Shown one piece after another: positions 34,140-40,029 of a stretch of 40,029 nucleotides of DNA. How positions within the stretch are numbered: position 1 is the first letter of the stretch; every line of letters starts with the position of its first letter. The DNA is from Chiloscyllium plagiosum (Eukaryota), in contig NW_025215365.1 of the NCBI RefSeq assembly GCF_004010195.1, positions 1-40,029 of the forward strand. Direction: 5' to 3'. The notes under the pieces are model-generated. The model did no database searches. It was given only the letters and a program-made list of their open reading frames with translations, and was not told the origin of the DNA. The translations under genes were made by a program, and so were the position numbers.

Positions 34140-34890
34140 GATTTTATTTGGAGGGCTCGACAAGGGAAATGTTGTTGAAATCTGGGAGTTCAGGTCCATT
34201 GTATTCTGAAGGTTGCTGCACAGGTGGATAGAGTGGTCAAGAAGTGATATGATATGCTTGCCTTCATCGGACGGGGTATTGAGTAGAAGAGCTGGCAGGC
34301 CATGGTAGAATTGTACACGACATTGGTTCGGCCGCATTTAGAATACTGTGTACAGTTCTGGTCACCAAATTACCAAAAGGATGCAGATGCTTTGGAGAGG
34401 GGGCAGAGAAGGTTTACGAGGATGTTGCCTGGTATGGAAGGTGCTAGCTATGAAGAGAGGTTGAGTAGGTTAGGTTTGTTTTCATTAGAAAAAAAAGGAG
34501 ATTGACGGGGGACCTGATTGAGGTTTACAAAATCATGAAGGGTATAGACAGGGTGGATAGAGACAAGCTTTTTCCCAGGGTGAAGGGTTCCATAATGAGA
34601 GGTCACACTTTCATGGTGAGAGGTGAAACATTTAAGCGGGATACACGCGGCAAGTACTTTACACAGAGGGTGGGTACTTTACACAGAGGGTGGTGGGTGT
34701 CTGGAGTGCGTTGGCAGCAGAGGTGGTAGAGGCAGGCACAGTAGATTCATTTAAGATGCATCTGGACAGAATAGGTGGGAAACAGAGGGATACAGATGCT
34801 TAGGAATTGGGCGCTAGGTTTAGACAGTGGATTTGGATCGGCTCAGGCTTGGAGGGCCTGTTCCTGGGCTGTAAATTTTCTTTGTTCTTT
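34140..34890 (+). mobile_element. CR1 3' ~750 bp
   Basis: LYTTLVRPHLEYCVQFWSP..RRFTRMLPGMEGASYEERLSRLGLFSLE. Confidence 0.93.
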
Positions 34891-36649
34891 GTCTACCTGC
34901 TGCAAGCAAAGGATTATGGAGCTATGGAAAATGTAGATCCTGATATGGGCTGAGAGGTCACGGTAATGTCAAGAGGTTGGAAAGTTTGGGACTGGAGATC
35001 AAAGCAGAGGGCTGGAATACAGAGGGGCTTGACAGGGAAGATGGTGAGTGCGCAGGTCCACAAATAAGCAAAAACAAAATACACGTAAGTCCGCCTGATT
35101 CGGGTTTGAAAATTTATTCCGGGGGCAAGGAGAGGGGGCTGGTTGCTGGGCCGGAGGTGGGAATGATCATTCTGAGGTAAACAAACAGGAGATGGTGACA
35201 ACAGCAGTGGGCTTTCAGGTCTGTCTGCGCAAATCATCTTGTCACTTCCGAGCGAGGGTCATTTTAACCGAAGCTGGTTTTGGTTTCCAGACAATGGAGT
35301 GAAGCATTGGGTCTGGGTGTCGCCGGAGTAGCATGTTGAGGGCAGCTGAAAAAAAACCCGTCCTTTCACCAGATTGGGTGGGACTCCTACCCCTTGAAGG
35401 ATGGAGCTTATAATGGCCCATTTGTTGTGGTCAGGATAGAGGTAGCACTGAGCAAGAAGTAGGGCCTAAAATTCGTTGGGTCAGTTCACCAATTGACTTT
35501 TGACCTCTCCTTGCCACAGTCCAATGCTTGGTTTCCCCAAAGCTAGTTGCCTACCTTGAGCAGGAGGAAGGTATAGATCTATAACTCAGTCCATTAGCTG
35601 GTCAGCTGCTTCAGGCTGGTCCACCATTCAGTTAGATTTTAATTCATCTCTCACCAAATTCCAATGACCCAGCCCTGCTGTTAACACCCAAACTCTATCA
35701 ATCCCAGCTTCTGAATTGTTGGTTGACCTCAAGCCTCAATTGCTATTTGGGAGAGAATTCCAGATTCCCCTTTCCTTTTCTGTGTGGAAGAATGGTACCC
35801 AATGGCTCAACACGAATTCAAAGGCTTTACCCCTTGAGGTGGATGCCCCAGCCAGAGGAAAAAAAAAACCTGCCACCCCCTTTAGCCTGGTTCAATAGTA
35901 AGGCCTTAATCTTTTATACTTAGATGAATTAGCATCATCCAAGGCTATATAACCAAGTTATCCCTTGGAGCTTCTTACTCAAACAAAGCAGCTATCCAAA
36001 GATGCAAACCATACGGTAGGCCATCTCTGTTGCCCAGATGGAAATTGCTGGTTCTTTCTGAAAACTGCGGCCTAGTTAAAACTCTGCCCTGACCACGGCA
36101 TTGGGACAGGCCGGTTAGACTCCGGACACAAACCACAAACCCATCCCAAAGCTAAGCCGTTGGTACGAGAGCCCATGGCCTAGGAACCCCAGGGACGATG
36201 ACCAAGTCAAACTCGGAGTTTCAACCTGAAATGCAAAGCTGAAGCTGGTGGCTGTGTGAAGGGGTAATGGTGAGACTGCAGGACATGTTGGTAGGGATGT
36301 GTAACCGACTGAGATATTTTGAAGACGGGAGGTAATCCTTGAAGTCAGCGAATCCGTGGTTATGAATGGACAGCACGGAAGTGAGACTAAAAGCATCGAG
36401 TTCACCAAACTGCAGGGGACGGGGGGGGAAGGAGCTCTATTTTCCACATTTGTCTGGTGGGCACCCAGACCAGGAGGTGCCTGGGCCTAACTCACCCCAG
36501 GAATTCAATATCAACAGAGGGTACGTCAGTCGTGTGTGGAATAACATTTGGCTTGAGCAGGCCAAGGGGGCTAAGAGGTAGAGTGTGAGCGCTGTAATGT
36601 ACAGGATAGGGATCACTTACTGGTCTGAGGTGAAGTCACGACGGAGGTA

Positions 36650-36912
36650 ATTGTCCACTGGTTTGGTCTCACAATATTCACTTATTAAAGAGAGAAAGCT
36701 TCTACACTCAGACACAGAAAAACAAAACAGAGTGTCCAAGTCGAGCACCCACCAAAATGACTGGGCCTTCGGTCAGTGTTTACCCCCATCCATGCCCCCC
36801 CTCCCCCCACCACCCACCCCACCGCCCCTCTCCCAACCCTCCCTGCCCCACCCCCTTGTCTGATTGGTCAGTGCAGAGTGAAAGCCCCATTGGCTGCCCT
36901 GTTGCTAGAAGA
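36650..36912 (-). other. Proximal 3'UTR of the PBX gene (distal end not determined)
   Basis: Unique sequence directly after the stop codon: a G-rich tract, then U-rich sequence. Nearest canonical minus-strand AATAAA I noticed is at 35113-35118; a variant AATAAG lies near 36682. Confidence 0.6.
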
Positions 36913-37062
<150 letters not shown>

Positions 37063-37139
37063 TTACAGATTGGCAAGGTCACCGCCTCTCACGTAGATAC
37101 ATCTCACCAGCTCGAAAACCCTTCAGTCAAAAATCACGG

Positions 37140-37523
37140 CATAAGGACGTACAGCACAGAACAACCCTTCAGTCCAACCCGTCCATGCTGACCAGATTTC
37201 CTAAATTAATCTCATCCCACCTGCCAGCACCCGGCCCATATCCCTCCAAACCCTTCCTATTCATATACCCATCCAGATGCCTTTTAAATGTTGTAATTGT
37301 ACCAGCCTCCACCATTTCCTCTGGCAGCTCATTCCATACACACACCACCCTCTACGTGAAAACATTGCCTCTCAGGTCCCTTTTAAATCTTTCCCCTCTC
37401 ACCTTAAGCCTGTGCCCTCCGGTTTTGGACTCCCCTACCCTGGGGAAAAAAACGACCTCGGCTGTCACCCTATCCATGCCCCACACAATTTTATAAACCC
37501 TTATAAGGTCACCCCTCAGCCTC
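37140..37523 (-). mobile_element. CR1/HER1 3' end in the PBX last intron
   Basis: RLRGDLIRVYKIVWGMDRV..HRLKVRGERFKRDLRG on the minus strand. Confidence 0.92.
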
Positions 37524-37984
37524 TGATGCTTTCCTGTCGACACCGTGAGTGCCCCTTGGTGCAGGCACTGAGCTGAGCGTCCGCCCTCGTGCTTGTGAGT
37601 CTGAGCACGCTCTTACACTTATCGGCCATCGTTAATGGATTAACAGTCCCCGCCCCTTCCGACTCACTTCCCAGAGTTATTATAAAGCTGACTGAGCTGG
37701 GAAGCAATTGACTGAATGACGGAAAGACAAAACCGGGTGTGAATTAAGTTGATGGGAATGATTGGAAATAAAATGCACTCTTTGAATAGCTGCCAAGAAA
37801 TTATTTTAAAAATCACCATGTGGGAAAGGGAGGGGCTCTGAGGGATCTTGGAGGGTAACACACCTCTGGCTTTTTGAATCATATGAATTCATGTGAGAGA
37901 CAGGATAAGCAAAGTAACAAGACTTCTTCTCGTTGACACACAATGAAGGAAGACAGGCTGTCTCTTTCTGTCACAGAGACGAGT

Positions 37985-38490
37985 CGAGGTCACGTTTGGA
38001 ATACTGCGTTCAGTTCTGGTCTCCCTGTTGTTGGAAGGACGCCGGCAAACTTGAAAGGGTTCAGAAAAGGGTTTGAGCTACAGGGAGAGGCTGAAACAGG
38101 CTGGGGCCGTTTTCCCTGGAGCGTCGCAGGCTGAGGGGTGACTTTGTGGAAGTTTACAAAATCATGAGGGGCATGGATAGGGTAAATAGTCGGGATTTCC
38201 TTTCCCAGGGTAGCGAGTCCAAATGTAGAGGGCGTAAGTTTAGGGTGAGAGGGGAAAGATTTAAAAGGGACTTGAGGGGCAACTGTTTCACGCAGAGGGG
38301 GGGGCGCGTGTGTGGAATGAGCTGCCAGAGGAAGTGGTGGAGGCTGGTACAATTGCAACATTGAAAAGGCATTTGGATGGGTATATGAATAGGAAGGGTT
38401 TGGAGGAATGTGTGCCAAATGGGACTAGATTAATTTAGGATATCTGGTCGGTGTGATCAAAAGGGTCTGATTCCCTGCTGTATGACTCTG
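37985..38490 (+). mobile_element. CR1/HER1 3' end in the PBX last intron
   Basis: EVYKIMRGMDRVNS..FRVRGERFKRDLRGN. Confidence 0.92.
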
Positions 38491-39269
38491 TGAGCACAGA
38501 GACACCAAAAACATATACAATCAGAGCACTAGATGTGCCAGTCAAAGTTGGCATTTCAAAGTCACGCCAAGGTGGCACTAACACCGTTAACCTCCACCTC
38601 CCCCTTTGCGCCCCTCCACCCTGGCATTTCGAGCCTGCTTGTGGTCCCTTTAAGAAAAGTGAGAGCAAGTGGCTGGTGAAGCGAGTCCTCTCCTGAAAGG
38701 TCACAACAGAGCAACTCTGCAAAGAGGCTATTACAACAAATTACTGCCTTCAAGATGGCAAGGTAAGTATAAGGCGTAGAAAACGGAATCAATTTTTGTG
38801 TCTGGAAAGCAGGCAGATTAAAGTGCACCAGCGACATTAGTCAAAATTTAAATGCCATTAGCTGTGCAGCAGCAGAAAAAGCCTCCTGGCAGCCTTTCAT
38901 TTGGAAGGCTGTTATTTGATGGTAAGTACTGACCAGCCCCAATCACAATGTGTGTGTGCTGTACAAAGGCAGTCAGAGGGAGGACGGGAGACATTCCCAG
39001 AGAGTCAAGAGCTGCTTCCCTGCGAGTGCTTTAATTGCCTGCATTTCCTCCAGCTCCTTTTCTCCCTGCTGTTCAGACCATCTCAAAATTCCCATCTTGT
39101 TTGTCAGGGCAACTGATGGACAAGATCAGAGGGGTGTTTTACACCAGGATTGACTGGTGATTTGATGCCTCTGGGTTACAGTTGTCTGTGAGCTGCTGAT
39201 CCTCAAAGACTGAGTCATTTAACCCTGCAGAAACCTGCAACAGCTCAACGGCACTCAATGTCTACTCTC

Positions 39270-40029
39270 TCGCACACAGCAAAAAGTACCACACACACAG
39301 CTCCACTCTCATGCTGTCGTACACTCACACATCGTCAATCTCATGCATGCACTCACATATACACACATCCACTCACACGCACACATTCTCACACACACTC
39401 ATACATATGAGTGGGTGGCACGGTGGCACAGTGGTTAGCACTGCTGCCTCGCAGCGCCAGAGACCCGGGTTCAATTCCCGCCTCAGGCGACTGACTGTGT
39501 GGAGTTTGCACGTTCTCCCCGTGTCTGCGTGGGTTTCCTTCGGGTGCTCCGGTTTCCTCCCACAGTCCAAAGATGTGCAGGTCAGGTGAATTGGCCATGC
39601 TAAATTGCCCGTCGTGTTAGGTAAGGGGTAAATGTAGGGGTATGGGTGGGTTACGCTTCGGCGGGTCGGTGTGGACTTGTTGGGCCGAAGGGCCTGTTTC
39701 CACACTGTAAAGTAATCTAATCTAATCTAATATACACCTTCACTCACAAGCTCACACACCCACATCTCTTCACCCTCACGCACACTCTCACACATACATC
39801 TTAACTCACACACACTCAGTGACAGACACATGCAAAACATTCATTCGCACACACACATTCTCTCACTCACACATACACATATATAGATACACACACAAAG
39901 TTTCACTCATACCTTCATTCACACACACATTGACAGACATAAGCTCACACATGTGTACACATACAGACACACACACTCTCATACACAGACACACACACAC
40001 GCAAACTGTCATACACTCACATGCATACA
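39270..40029. repeat. Degenerate (CA)n-rich low-complexity tract
   Basis: cacacaca/ctcaca repeats on both sides of an HE1 insertion. Confidence 0.9.
39413..39731 (+). mobile_element. Young HE1 V-SINE
   Basis: Full length with a (taatc)3 tail; very similar to 15268-15588. Confidence 0.95.

Overview
Eukaryotic, repeat-rich, mostly non-coding DNA from a cartilaginous fish, most likely a shark. The evidence is HE1-type V-SINEs with (TAATC)n tails, HER1/CR1 LINEs and Penelope-like elements; a carpet or bamboo shark is only my inference. There are four assembly gaps, all inside young repeats. One intact host coding exon is recognisable, and the ORF track missed it: the terminal exon of a PBX TALE-homeobox gene, probably PBX1, on the minus strand at 36913-37005 ([30 protein letters not shown]). 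Positions above 37005 are therefore its last intron, and the rest is 3'UTR and downstream intergenic DNA with several enhancer-like unique islands. The most unexpected feature is an orphan, decayed copy of the large TSC2 (tuberin) exon at 15182-15900. It carries the KSSSSPELQ motif, is split by an HE1 SINE, still ends in a splice donor, and sits between two CR1 fragments that are nearly colinear. Also present: palindromic Penelope termini of two families carrying minimal hammerhead-ribozyme motifs and target-site duplications, a 12-copy ~69-bp minisatellite, a putative solo LTR, and an inverted LINE pair next to the PBX 3' splice site. Nearly all listed ORFs are repeat-derived or spurious. Repeat boundaries are approximate and were read by eye.
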